Shown piece after piece: positions 17,107 to 26,443 of a stretch of 64,000 nucleotides of DNA. Positions within the stretch are counted from its first letter, which is position 1. The number at the start of each line of letters is the position of its first letter. The stretch is from Actinomycetota bacterium. Lineage in GTDB: Bacteria > Actinomycetota > UBA4738. The position numbers and the translations under genes were made by a program. The stretch lies in contig DASXTW010000046.1 of assembly GCA_036505215.1 (NCBI GenBank), forward strand, positions 8,471 to 72,470. Direction: 5' to 3'. The notes under the pieces are model-generated. The model was given only the letters and a program-made list of their open reading frames with translations. It was not told the origin of the DNA and made no database searches.

Positions 17107-17574
17107 TCAGTCCGAATGAAGCTCGACCTGCTCGGACCGAGCCTCGGCTCCCACCACGGCTGAACCCTTCGACTGGACGGGAGCGGCCGCCCTCGTGGCT
17201 GCCTCATCCTTCGACTGGCGCACCGGGTCGCCGTTGACGGCGCCCGCGGTCGTGCCCATGAACCTCTCGGCGAGGGTCCAGGTCATGTGCTCGAGCCTGG
17301 CAGAGAGTCTCCGGGCCTCGGTTCTCATCTGGGCCATCACCAGGAGCCCAGCCCCGAACACCACCAATGCCACCCCCGCCGCTCCTCCCGAGATCAGGTA
17401 GGGGATCTGGCAGTCGACGCACGTCTTGCGGGCCGCGCCGGCCCATCCGAACGCGATGGCAGCGAATCCGGCCGTGCAGAAGGCGAGGCCGAGCAACCGG
17501 GCAAGCCGGGCCCGCCACTCGGCTCTGCGAATCGGCTTCGGCGGCGGGGCTGGTTTCACCTTGCGTCGCTCCAT
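17107..17574 (-). CDS. Hypothetical two-TM membrane protein
   Basis: Two hydrophobic helices flanking a CVDC motif. Downstream on the same strand of the Gly-rich secreted protein gene. Confidence 0.45.
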   Translation of the reverse strand: MERRKVKPAPPPKPIRRAEWRARLARLLGLAFCTAGFAAIAFGWAGAARKTCVDCQIPYLISGGAAGVALVVFGAGLLVMAQMRTEARRLSARLEHMTWTLAERFMGTTAGAVNGDPVRQSKDEAATRAAAPVQSKGSAVVGAEARSEQVELHSD

Positions 17575-17613
17575 CCTGCGATCCTCGCTTCCTGCGGGCG
17601 AAGCCAGCCAGGT

Positions 17614-18654
17614 TCAGGGCTGAGCCTGGTCTTCGTTTCGTGTGCGGGCGATCACCTTCGCGAATCCCCGATGGGCGGTCTTCCCCAACTTGCCGACCGC
17701 CCGCAGCATCAGGCCGGCCAGCGCGACAGGTGCCGGAGTCAGGGTCGGCTGCAGGGATCGCCACTCCGGTTCGGGAAGCGGTTCCTCTGCGATCTCGGGC
17801 TCGGGCTCGAAGACCGCGTAGGCCACCGCCGCAAGGACGATCATGCCCAGGGGAAGAAGCAGCCACACGAACCGCGGAAGCTGCGGAACGGTGAGCGCCA
17901 CCGGCTGGGTCTGGGTAGCGGAGCCGGCCGAGCCCCTCTTGGGTGCGGGCGACCCGGCCCCGTAGTAGATCTGCCTGGAGGTGATCGTGCGATCCTGCGG
18001 CCCGAAGTACACGGTGCCACCGCCGTAGTAACTCGGCGGGAAATACGACGGAACATCGTACGGATCCGGGCCGAGATCGCGTCCCGAACCTCCGGACCCA
18101 CCGGAGCCGCCCGAGCCGCCACCGCCTCCATCACCACCGCCGCCGCCACCGCCACCGCCGCCACCGCCAGGGGGAGGTGGGGGTGGCGGCTTCTCCTCCG
18201 AGAAGAACTTCGCGATCCCCGAGTACCCCGAGTCCGTGACGAGGACGGGGACCACCAGGACCTGATAGCTCCCACTCGGGCTGGAAACGCTCACCGCCTC
18301 CGACATACTGACCACCTGAGTCGATGACTTCAGGAGCTCCCCTCCCTTGTAGAGGTAGAGATCGAAATTGTCCGTAGAGCTCTTCCAGCCGATGGAGATC
18401 GAGGTGCTCCCCGTGTGGTCGTCCCAGTACCCGGAAGAGACGGCCACCGTGAGGTCGAAGTAGTCGCACTTCTCGTGGTCGCACAGGCCCGGCGCGGGCA
18501 CGGCGCCGAGGGCGAAGTATTTCCCGGCCCAACCGTCGCTCGGGTCGGAAGGTCCGATGCTTCCCGACGAGGGAGAAGCGGCATAGCCGACGCCCGCCAT
18601 CCCGAGGATCACCGCCGCCACCGCGGCCGTGACGAGGGTTCGAGGTGCGTTCAT
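17614..18654 (-). CDS. Secreted protein with poly-Pro/poly-Gly linker and C-terminal TM anchor
   Basis: Signal peptide (MNAPRTLVTAAVAAVILGMAGVGYA), a beta-rich domain, the tract PPPPPPPGGGGGGGGGGGGDGGGGGSGGSGGSG, a Tyr-rich region and a C-terminal hydrophobic anchor. Confidence 0.55.
   Translation of the reverse strand: MNAPRTLVTAAVAAVILGMAGVGYAASPSSGSIGPSDPSDGWAGKYFALGAVPAPGLCDHEKCDYFDLTVAVSSGYWDDHTGSTSISIGWKSSTDNFDLYLYKGGELLKSSTQVVSMSEAVSVSSPSGSYQVLVVPVLVTDSGYSGIAKFFSEEKPPPPPPPGGGGGGGGGGGGDGGGGGSGGSGGSGGSGRDLGPDPYDVPSYFPPSYYGGGTVYFGPQDRTITSRQIYYGAGSPAPKRGSAGSATQTQPVALTVPQLPRFVWLLLPLGMIVLAAVAYAVFEPEPEIAEEPLPEPEWRSLQPTLTPAPVALAGLMLRAVGKLGKTAHRGFAKVIARTRNEDQAQP
18091..18190. repeat. GGN/CCN trinucleotide simple-sequence tract encoding the poly-Pro/poly-Gly linker
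   Basis: Plus-strand run ccaccgccgccgccaccgccaccgccgccaccgcc, which reads as (GGY)n on the coding minus strand. Slippage-prone low-complexity DNA inside the CDS. Confidence 0.7.
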
Positions 18655-18708
18655 CCGGCGCCCCCTGGCGTCGCCCATCCCGGGTCGCGGGCCGCCCGTT
18701 TACACTTG

Positions 18709-18743
18709 CCTTGGTGAGTGGATAATTATAACTAGTCCTCTCG
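18709..18743 (+). promoter_or_regulatory. Near-consensus sigma-70-type promoter in an AT-rich island
   Basis: TTTACA (18709-14), 17-bp spacer, ATAATT (18732-37). An AT-rich island in an otherwise ~70% GC region. Would start a ~160-nt leader ahead of the M23 peptidase gene. Confidence 0.5.
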
Positions 18744-18906
18744 CTACCATACAAATCCCCTCCCGTTGGCGGGGGCAAACGCGGAAGGTATGAATGCGGC
18801 GAAAAACCGGAGCTCGGCGGGCATGAACGGGCTCGGGGCCGGTGCGAGCAGACGCTCCAATCGCTTCGTTTGCCGGCGATCCCCTGAGGGAAACGACTTC
18901 GTCGGG

Positions 18907-19551
18907 ATGCGCCGCCTCCTCAGGCCGGCCCCGCTTCTTGCCCTCGTCGCCCTCCTCGCTGGGGGCTGCGGGCAGATCGGGGCGGCTCGAACCCACGCGG
19001 GAGCCTCCAAGCCGGGGCGGTTGGTTGCCCCCCAGAAGCCGTCGCCATCGATCCGCCTGAACGGGGAGAACGACGGGCCGCTCCCCTCCGTGGAATACGT
19101 GGTCTTCCGGAGCAAGAAGGTCATGAGGATCACCAAGGGAAAGAACCCCCTGCGGACGTGCCCGGTGCACGGGAGGGGGTTCTTCTCGCGAGACTTCGGT
19201 GCTCCTCGATACGCCGGCGGGTATCACCCGCATGCCGGCAACGACATCTTCGCCGATAGGGATACTCCGATCGTGGCCCCCTTCGACGGCGTCGTGGTGG
19301 CCACACCGAATGCATTGGGAGGCCAGGCCGTGAAGCTCTACGGCGCCCCGGGGTACGTGTACAACGCACACCTGAGCGCGTACGGGAAGCTCGGAGCTGT
19401 CAGGGCAGGCGAGGTCATCGGGTTCGTGGGGAACACCGGAGACGCCCTGGGCGGGCCCCCCCATGATCACTTCGAGTTCCATCCGAGGAACGGACCGGCC
19501 GTGGATCCCTACCCTTACCTCCTGGCCGCCTGCGCTGCGGCCAGGCATTGA
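18907..19551 (+). CDS. M23 family metallopeptidase lipoprotein (LytM-like)
   Basis: Lipobox LLAGGC. M23 motifs GYHPHAGNDIFA and HDHFEF. Confidence 0.85.
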   Translation: MRRLLRPAPLLALVALLAGGCGQIGAARTHAGASKPGRLVAPQKPSPSIRLNGENDGPLPSVEYVVFRSKKVMRITKGKNPLRTCPVHGRGFFSRDFGAPRYAGGYHPHAGNDIFADRDTPIVAPFDGVVVATPNALGGQAVKLYGAPGYVYNAHLSAYGKLGAVRAGEVIGFVGNTGDALGGPPHDHFEFHPRNGPAVDPYPYLLAACAAARH

Positions 19552-19623
19552 GGCCTCAGGGGTGCACGCGCGGAGTTGAGGGAATGCTCTAGGGGCGAAT
19601 CGGCTACGACAGGAGGTGGCTGG

Positions 19624-19866
19624 ATGGACGAGCAGCGCTATCGAGAGCTCATCCACAAACGGGACACCAGCGGCCTGACCGCCCGGGAGGCCGACGAGCT
19701 CGGCAAGATGCTCGCCGAACGCGACGGCCGCCCGTACAGCGGCGCGTCCGGGCGGGACCATCCCGAGGCACAGACCGAGGAGCCCTACAGCGAGGCGGAA
19801 GTGAAGGAACTCAAGCAGCACCCGGACGTCCGGGAGGCTCCCGAGGAGTCCGAGCAGGCGAGCTGA
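19624..19866 (+). CDS. Small acidic hypothetical protein (80 aa)
   Basis: AGGAGG 8 nt upstream of the ATG. Highly charged and acidic. No recognisable family. Confidence 0.4.
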   Translation: MDEQRYRELIHKRDTSGLTAREADELGKMLAERDGRPYSGASGRDHPEAQTEEPYSEAEVKELKQHPDVREAPEESEQAS

Positions 19867-19941
19867 ATCTCACGAAGACCTGACCCCTTCCCGCGAGGAT
19901 AGAACCGGGCGACCCCTCGCCCGTACTACCGAAGGAGAGTG

Positions 19942-21375
19942 ATGGGCCGCTCGACCACCGAACCTCGGCTGCTGTCGAACCGTTACTGGATCGAGGACTT
20001 CCTCGGTCAGGGCGGGATGGCTCGGGTCCATCGCGGCACCGATCTCGTGCTCGATCGAACGGTCGCCGTGAAGATCCTCGGCGATCCCATGGTTCGGGAT
20101 CCGCAGGCGGTGAGGCGCTTCCGCCGGGAAGCCCAGGCCGCAGCTGGGCTCAGCCATCCCGGGATCGTCGCCGTGTACGACACCGGCTCCGACGACGGCG
20201 TCCATTACATCGTGATGGAGTACGTGACCGGCCGGACGCTCGCCGGCGTACTGCAGGAAGGCGGGGCGCTCGAGGCCGAGCGGGCCCTCGGTATCGCCTC
20301 GGCCGTCGCGGCTGCCCTGGCCCACGCCCACGACAAGGGGATCGTCCACCGAGACGTCAAGCCCGGGAACATCATGATCACGCCCTCAGGCGAGGTGAAG
20401 GTCATGGACTTCGGCATCGCCAGAGCGGCGAGCTCGGACACCCTGACCCAGACGGCCTCCGTACTCGGGACCGCGACCTACTTCGCGCCGGAGCAGGCCC
20501 GGGGGGAGCACGTGGACGCTCGTTCCGACCTCTACGCGCTCGGGGTGGTCCTGTACGAAATGCTCACCGGCCGTCCACCCTTCGCCGCGGACTCCCCGGT
20601 CGCCGTGGCCTATCAGCATGTTCGTGAGGAGCCCACCCCTCCATCGCGGCTGAACCCGGCAATCGGTTCCGCCGTCGAGGCCATCGTGTTGAAGGCGATG
20701 GCGAAGGATCGCGCCGTTCGGTATCAGACGGCGGAGGAACTGGCTCGGGACCTGCAGCGTGTCCGGGGCGGTGGGTCCGCTGCGACCGGCGCGCAGTCCG
20801 CTCCTGCACCCGCGACGCAGCCGGTCACCGTCGACGGGACGGCAGTGCTTCCCGCGGGCCCCGCTTCGTCGCTTCGCCGCCCCGCGAGAGGACCTCGGTG
20901 GGCGCCCTGGGTGATTGCCCTGGCCGTACTCGTGGCCGTCGCACTCGTGGCGACCCTGATCGTGGCCGGTCTGGCCCGCCGGCCGGCCGGAGGACTCGGG
21001 CCGACCTCGCCGACCGCCACCGCTCCCAACACAGGACCGACCCCGACCTCCCCCAGTCCCATCGGCCCAGTATCGGTTCAGGGCGCCCTGGATCAGCTTG
21101 CCTTGATCCTGACCCAAGGTGTCTCCAGCGGAGCCCTGTCCAGACACGCGGCCAACGAAATCGGCAAGGACATCGAGGGAGCCCTGAAGGAGTATGAGGG
21201 TGGCGACCTGGAGAAGGCCCTCCAGAAGCTGGACGAGCTTCAGGGCAAGGTCGCAGAGCTGGAGGCCAAGGGGCAGATCGCACCCGACCGCGCCGAGCAG
21301 CTCAACCGGGGAATCTCAGACCTCCAAGCCGCCATGCGATCGGCTCCACCCTCGGATGAGGAAGGTGACGAGTAG
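19942..21375 (+). CDS. Ser/Thr protein kinase with TM and C-terminal helical ectodomain
   Basis: Hanks kinase motifs (GQGGMARV, HRDVKPGN, DFGIA), a TM helix, then a ~140-aa coiled-coil-like domain in place of PASTA repeats. RBS GAAGGAG. Confidence 0.9.
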   Translation: MGRSTTEPRLLSNRYWIEDFLGQGGMARVHRGTDLVLDRTVAVKILGDPMVRDPQAVRRFRREAQAAAGLSHPGIVAVYDTGSDDGVHYIVMEYVTGRTLAGVLQEGGALEAERALGIASAVAAALAHAHDKGIVHRDVKPGNIMITPSGEVKVMDFGIARAASSDTLTQTASVLGTATYFAPEQARGEHVDARSDLYALGVVLYEMLTGRPPFAADSPVAVAYQHVREEPTPPSRLNPAIGSAVEAIVLKAMAKDRAVRYQTAEELARDLQRVRGGGSAATGAQSAPAPATQPVTVDGTAVLPAGPASSLRRPARGPRWAPWVIALAVLVAVALVATLIVAGLARRPAGGLGPTSPTATAPNTGPTPTSPSPIGPVSVQGALDQLALILTQGVSSGALSRHAANEIGKDIEGALKEYEGGDLEKALQKLDELQGKVAELEAKGQIAPDRAEQLNRGISDLQAAMRSAPPSDEEGDE

Positions 21376-21400
21376 GCCCGCTGGACGCGGGCGAACGGAC

Positions 21401-21832
21401 TCAGGTATCCCGGTACTTGACCAGCCGAACAGTCGTCCCGGGGCGGGTGGGCGTTCCCCTGACGATCGAGAGCTCGTCCACCAGCGCCGCAACCAGGGGA
21501 AGGCCGAGCCCCCGGGACCGGCCGCTGAATACCAGTCCCTGAGCCGCGAAGACGCCTTGGTCTCGTATCTTGACCTCCGTGGGCCGCTGCGGGCCCCCGC
21601 TCCACGACACGATGAAGCTGTCACCATCGGCATGCTGAATCGCGTTCGCGCACACCTCGGAGACAGCCTGGACCAGGTCGTCCGTGTCGCGTCCGTAGAG
21701 AGCAGCGCCTTCGGCTCGCTCTCGGATGAAGCTGCGGACGTCCCCGAGCGAGATGGGTTCTGCTGCGAACGACCGCTTCGTCGCGGGCATCCTCGGGCTC
21801 GATCGGTCTGTGGTTTCCCGTGAGAGCGCCAT
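21401..21832 (-). CDS. Anti-sigma regulatory factor-like Ser/Thr kinase (HATPase_c, RsbW/SpoIIAB-like)
   Basis: 143 aa. GHKL ATPase motifs (CANAIQHA, DQGVF, GRGLGLPLVAALVDE). No STAS or anti-anti-sigma partner nearby. Confidence 0.65.
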   Translation of the reverse strand: MALSRETTDRSSPRMPATKRSFAAEPISLGDVRSFIRERAEGAALYGRDTDDLVQAVSEVCANAIQHADGDSFIVSWSGGPQRPTEVKIRDQGVFAAQGLVFSGRSRGLGLPLVAALVDELSIVRGTPTRPGTTVRLVKYRDT

Positions 21833-22040
21833 GGAAAAGGGCCTCCTACTCAGGTTTCCCGCTGTCCCCCCACCGAAACCCCCGTCCTTGGTCAAACCGG
21901 TGAGATGAGACCCCTGGACCTCGGGGCTTGGGCCATCCCATCTCGGCCTTGCGTCGTAAGAACCTTTCCTTGCTCTCTGCCGTAAACACAAGCGGAACCC
22001 GGGTCGTCGCCGAATCGTAGAGCGAGAATCGTCCGGTCCG

Positions 22041-24809
22041 GTGTGGAGGCGAGTGAGAGGGTCGACTGCGCAAGCGTCGGGCGGGCCGTCCGGAGATGGT
22101 CCGGTCAAGCGCGGCCTCCGCGGCCTGCGAGCTCGGCTGGCCGCGGTGGGAAGCGCGCCCTGGCTGAAGGCGCCGATCCTGCTCTTCCGGTTCCCGGGTC
22201 TGCTGCTGGCGATGGGAAGCGCCGTGCTGATCCTGGCGGTGGCCAGCGCCGCCGGCCCGATGTTCCTGTCGTCCGCCGGGAACGCCACGCTTCAACGCAC
22301 TCTCGCAGAGTCATGTCCATGGGACACGGGGTTGGAGATGCGAATTCCGGCCCCGCTCTCGGGAGTGGACTTCTTCTACTACGGCCTGGGCCCGCCACCC
22401 AGCGGCCCTGCCCCCGGTGCTGTGGCCGCTCTGCGCACTGCCGACTCGCAGGTCCGTAAGAGCTTCGGCCCCGTCTCAAGGACCCTTCCGGTTCGCTGGT
22501 ACGTGGTGGGGTCCTCGGTCCAGGCCACCAAGCCGGGCTCCGGCCGGGGGTTCGGTTCGGTACGCCTGCTGACCAAGGATGCCGCGCTGAATCACATCGC
22601 GAAGGTGTCCTCGGCGGGCGGGGAAGGCGTCTGGGTCCCGGACACGGTCGCGAACGTTCTGCACGTGAAGGCTGGGGGCAGGATCACGCTCGAGGGATTC
22701 GGAACGCCTGTCAAGGCCAGGATCGCCGGCATCTATCGGAATCTGAGCACCATGCCCCGAACTGAGTTCTGGTGCGGGCAGGAGCGCCTGATCTACTCCT
22801 ACAGCGCCTTCGCCAGGAGGCCTCCCCCGCCATTGATCCTGGCCGATCGGGACACATTCCTGCGGATCGGGAACCGCCTGGGCGAGAAAGGCGCACTCGT
22901 GTACTGGAACGTCCCGATAAGGGCCCAGGGCTTGACGGTCACCCAGGCGCACCAGGCAGCGGCCGATATTCAAGCGATGGTCGACAAGCTGTTCCGCAGA
23001 GGCTTCGGATCTCAGATCCAGTTTGGACTCCCGTTCACTGCCGATCTGGCCTCGGCAACCGAGGATTCCATGCGGGGATCCGTCGAGACGGTCTCATTGG
23101 CCGGCCGCTTGGTGGCACTCATCGTCATCGGGGCCGCGGGGATCTATTGGGTCAGCCGGCGGAGGCTCGAGGTTGGGCTGCTCACGGCCAGGGGAGCGAG
23201 TCCATCGAGCTTGGGCGTGAAGGTCTTGCTCGAGGCGCTGCTGGTGGCGATCTTTGCCGGCGCCGCCGGGTGGCTCGTCGCTTTGTGGTTGGTACGGGGG
23301 CTCGGCCCCTCCCCGATGCTGGACGCGAACGCGCCCACGTCCGCCCTCCATCAGGTCATCTGGACGGTGGCCGTCGCCCTGGTCCTGCTGGCGGTCATTG
23401 CAGCGCTCGCGGTACGCAAGGAGAGCGAGATCACGGTATCCAGAGCCCGCCAGGCCCTCTCGCGAGCGCCGTGGGAGGTGCCGGTGCTGCTCTTGGCCGC
23501 AGCGTCGCTGTACGAGATCCTCAGCCGCAAGCCTCCTCACATCACCGACGTCCGAGTCCCTGTCAAGCCCGACGTGCTGATCCTTCTGTTTCCGATCCTC
23601 TTCATCACGGGTACGGCCGGAGTGGCCACCCGCGTTCTCCACCGGTTTCTTCCGGGGCTGCGCTCGGCCGGACGCGGATGGTCCCCGGCTCTGTACCTCA
23701 GCTCTCGAAGGCTCTCCTCCGCTCCGCAGGCCGCGCTGACCTTGCTCATGGTCGCTGCGCTCGCCATCGGCATCCTCGCCTACGCCGGGGCCCTCACCGC
23801 GTCACAGGCCGCTTCCGCCGACGCCAAGGCGGAGGTGTTCGTGGGCAGTGACGTGGCGGCGAACCTGGCCGTCTCTCGACCTCTGCCCGGCAGACTTCCT
23901 TTCCCCGCGACCAAGGTCACCCGGGTCACCACGGGCGAGTTAATGGGCCTGCCGCACGGGACGAACGGTGTGGACGTGCTGGGCATTGAGCCGGCCACGT
24001 TCGCACGGGTGGCGTACTGGGACAGGACCTTCGCCGACTCGTCGTTGGAGGTACTGATCGAGGACCTCCAGTCGGCCCCCCGGCGGCCGCTTCCGGCGAT
24101 CGCCGTTGGCGACGCCATCCGGCCGGAAGGGACGATCCAGGTCGGAACCAAGCAGGTCCCGTATCGGGTGGTGGGCGTCGCTCGTGACTTTCCCGGACTG
24201 CATGCCGACCAGCCGATGGTGGTCACCACGCGACAGGTCCTGCAGGACCGGGATCTGCACGGCATCGAGCAGCTGTGGGCGAAGGGCGACTCCGGCCCGA
24301 TCCTGTCAACGTTGCAAGAGACCGGTTCGATCATCGAGGGGAGCGAGGCGCTGGCGGCCGAGACAAGCCAGCTCCCCCAGTTCACGTCGCTGCGGTGGGG
24401 ACTGGGCTTCTTGCAGGCGCTGGGGGTCCTGACCGGGCTCATCGCTCTGGGAGGGATCCTTCTCTATCTGGAGTCGCGGCAGCGGGCCCGCGAGATCTCC
24501 TACGCGCTGGCCCGCCGGATGGGACTCTCTCGACGCGACCATCGCCTTTCCGTGGCGTTCGAGCTGGCGGCCATGCTGGCGGTTGGGGTCGTGCTCGGGG
24601 TGGCGCTGGCGTGGCTCGCCGCCCGGCTCGTGTACGGCAAGCTGGATCCCATGCCGCTGCTTCCTCCTTCCCCCCTGTTCCGCTCCCCCTCTTTCCTGAT
24701 CGGGCTGACGGCGCTGTCCGCGCTGGCCGCCTCGTGGATCGGGGCTTGGCGAGTCCAGCGCACGGCAGAACGGGTCAACGTGGCGGAGGTGATGAGGGTT
24801 GCCGCCTGA
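22041..24809 (+). CDS. ABC transporter permease with duplicated FtsX/MacB-type modules
   Basis: Architecture is 1 TM, ~280-aa extracytoplasmic domain, 3 TM, 1 TM, ~200-aa extracytoplasmic domain, 3 TM. Overlaps the following ATPase gene. Start uncertain (GTG candidates between 22041 and 22140). Confidence 0.8.
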   Translation: MWRRVRGSTAQASGGPSGDGPVKRGLRGLRARLAAVGSAPWLKAPILLFRFPGLLLAMGSAVLILAVASAAGPMFLSSAGNATLQRTLAESCPWDTGLEMRIPAPLSGVDFFYYGLGPPPSGPAPGAVAALRTADSQVRKSFGPVSRTLPVRWYVVGSSVQATKPGSGRGFGSVRLLTKDAALNHIAKVSSAGGEGVWVPDTVANVLHVKAGGRITLEGFGTPVKARIAGIYRNLSTMPRTEFWCGQERLIYSYSAFARRPPPPLILADRDTFLRIGNRLGEKGALVYWNVPIRAQGLTVTQAHQAAADIQAMVDKLFRRGFGSQIQFGLPFTADLASATEDSMRGSVETVSLAGRLVALIVIGAAGIYWVSRRRLEVGLLTARGASPSSLGVKVLLEALLVAIFAGAAGWLVALWLVRGLGPSPMLDANAPTSALHQVIWTVAVALVLLAVIAALAVRKESEITVSRARQALSRAPWEVPVLLLAAASLYEILSRKPPHITDVRVPVKPDVLILLFPILFITGTAGVATRVLHRFLPGLRSAGRGWSPALYLSSRRLSSAPQAALTLLMVAALAIGILAYAGALTASQAASADAKAEVFVGSDVAANLAVSRPLPGRLPFPATKVTRVTTGELMGLPHGTNGVDVLGIEPATFARVAYWDRTFADSSLEVLIEDLQSAPRRPLPAIAVGDAIRPEGTIQVGTKQVPYRVVGVARDFPGLHADQPMVVTTRQVLQDRDLHGIEQLWAKGDSGPILSTLQETGSIIEGSEALAAETSQLPQFTSLRWGLGFLQALGVLTGLIALGGILLYLESRQRAREISYALARRMGLSRRDHRLSVAFELAAMLAVGVVLGVALAWLAARLVYGKLDPMPLLPPSPLFRSPSFLIGLTALSALAASWIGAWRVQRTAERVNVAEVMRVAA

Positions 24810-25659
24810 GGGACCCCCCACGTCGTCCGGCGAGCCGGCCGTGTCCCGTTCCTCTGGCGTCTCCGGCTCCTGCTCGGGCCTGGTCAAGATCTATTGGAGT
24901 GCCACGGGCGAGGTCCACGCCCTGAAGGGGATCGATGCCTCGTTCCCCTCGGGAGCGATCACCGCCGTGGTTGGACCGTCGGGATCGGGGAAGAGCTCGC
25001 TGCTCCGGATCCTGGCGTGCATCGACCGTCCCACGGCAGGGCAGGTTCGCGTGGGGGAGGTGGACGTCTCCGGCCTGAACGCGCGGAGACGCCGGGCCAT
25101 CCGCCGGCGCCTGATCTCCTACATGTTCCAGCGGCCCTCCGACAACCTGGTGTCGTATCTGACCGCCATCGAGCAGCTCGAGACGACGGCCCGGCTGCGC
25201 GGAAGGAGCGGACGGCGGCGAGGTCACCAACTGCTCGAGACGCTGGGCTTGGGCGGAAGAGAGCAACACCACCCCCACCAGCTCTCCGGCGGCGAGCAGC
25301 AGCTGGTGGCGCTGGCGTCCGCGGTGATGGGCGACCCCGCGTTGGTCGTGGCGGACGAGCCAACGGCCGAGCTGGACACCGCCTCCGGAGAGGTGTTGAT
25401 GGAGATGGTGAAGGCGCTGGCGAATCAGGGCGCAAGCTTCGTCGTGGCCACCCACGACCCGGTGGTGATGAAGGTGGCCGACCGGATCTACTCGCTCCGC
25501 CACGGAGCCTTGGAGGCCGAGACCAGAGAGGATCGTGCGCTCTCGGTCATCGATGCGTTCGGCCGGATCCAGCTTCCTCCCACCGCGCTGAAGCTCTTCC
25601 CCGACCACCGGGCGGTCATCTCGGTCGATGACGGAGAGGTGAGGATCACGCCGCCATGA
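24799..25659 (+). CDS. ABC transporter ATP-binding protein (MacB/LolD-type NBD)
   Basis: Walker A GPSGSGKSS, signature LSGGEQQ, Walker B LVVADEPT, H-loop ATHD. Confidence 0.9.
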   Translation: MPPEGPPTSSGEPAVSRSSGVSGSCSGLVKIYWSATGEVHALKGIDASFPSGAITAVVGPSGSGKSSLLRILACIDRPTAGQVRVGEVDVSGLNARRRRAIRRRLISYMFQRPSDNLVSYLTAIEQLETTARLRGRSGRRRGHQLLETLGLGGREQHHPHQLSGGEQQLVALASAVMGDPALVVADEPTAELDTASGEVLMEMVKALANQGASFVVATHDPVVMKVADRIYSLRHGALEAETREDRALSVIDAFGRIQLPPTALKLFPDHRAVISVDDGEVRITPP

Positions 25660-26372
25660 CCGAGGTGAAGGAAGGAGCCGCGATGAACCGAGGGCCCTTG
25701 CTTCAGCCGCTGCTCGAGGTCCACGGTGTATCGAAGTCGTTCAGACGAGGACCAGAGGAGGTGCACGCCCTTCGGGACGTCACGTTCTCTGTGGGAGCCG
25801 GCGAGATCACAACTCTCCTGGGGCCTTCCGGTTCCGGAAAGAGCACGCTGCTCGCGGTGCTGGCAGGGTGGGAGCGGCCGGACGCCGGCGCGGTCGTCTG
25901 GTGCGACGGCGGGCCGCCTCCGGCGGAGCGGCTGTGGTCCGACCTGGCCGTCCTGCCGCAGACGCTCGGGTTGCTCGAAGAGTTGTCGGTGCGCGAGAAC
26001 GTCGAGCTGCCTCTACGGCTTCGTGGGGTGCGCGGTGGCGGACACGACAGAGTGGAAGGGTTCCTGCGCTACCTCGGGCTGGACCATCTGGCCGATCGGA
26101 TGCCGTCCGAGGTCTCCATCGGGGAGCAGCAGCGAGCCGCCCTGGCCAGGGCGCTGCTGCTGGCTCCTCGCCTCTTCCTGGCCGACGAGCCCACCGGCCA
26201 CCAGGACGAATCGTGGGCCAAGGTGGTGTTCAGGACGATCAAGCTGGCCGCCCGGAAGGGAACGGCCTGTCTGATCGCCACCCACAACCAGGAGGCGCTG
26301 GCGATCGCCGAGGTGAGCCTGTCGATCCGCGACGGCGCCGTCGGACGCGAAAAGGCCCGCCCGCAGCCCTGA
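25656..26372 (+). CDS. ABC transporter ATP-binding protein, second NBD with atypical signature motif
   Basis: Walker A GPSGSGKST and Walker B LFLADEPT are intact. The signature reads VSIGEQQR instead of LSGGQ. Overlaps the upstream NBD gene (ATGA). Confidence 0.85.
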   Translation: MTEVKEGAAMNRGPLLQPLLEVHGVSKSFRRGPEEVHALRDVTFSVGAGEITTLLGPSGSGKSTLLAVLAGWERPDAGAVVWCDGGPPPAERLWSDLAVLPQTLGLLEELSVRENVELPLRLRGVRGGGHDRVEGFLRYLGLDHLADRMPSEVSIGEQQRAALARALLLAPRLFLADEPTGHQDESWAKVVFRTIKLAARKGTACLIATHNQEALAIAEVSLSIRDGAVGREKARPQP

Positions 26373-26443
26373 GTGCGGGAAGCCTGAGCGTGCGCACGCA
26401 GCCGGTCGAGGGCTGCAAACGCTCTGAGGTGTGAGGCTGGCTT

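Noticed and set aside
18091-18190. Repeat tract considered as a possible CRISPR or minisatellite locus
   Set aside because: It is a simple trinucleotide tract inside a coding sequence, encoding poly-Pro/Gly. There is no repeat-spacer architecture.
21833-22040. 149-aa and 295-aa minus-strand ORF extensions upstream of the RsbW-like gene
   Set aside because: Only the C-terminal 143 codons have HATPase_c features. The upstream in-frame extension is low-complexity Arg/Pro-rich, so the region is treated as intergenic.
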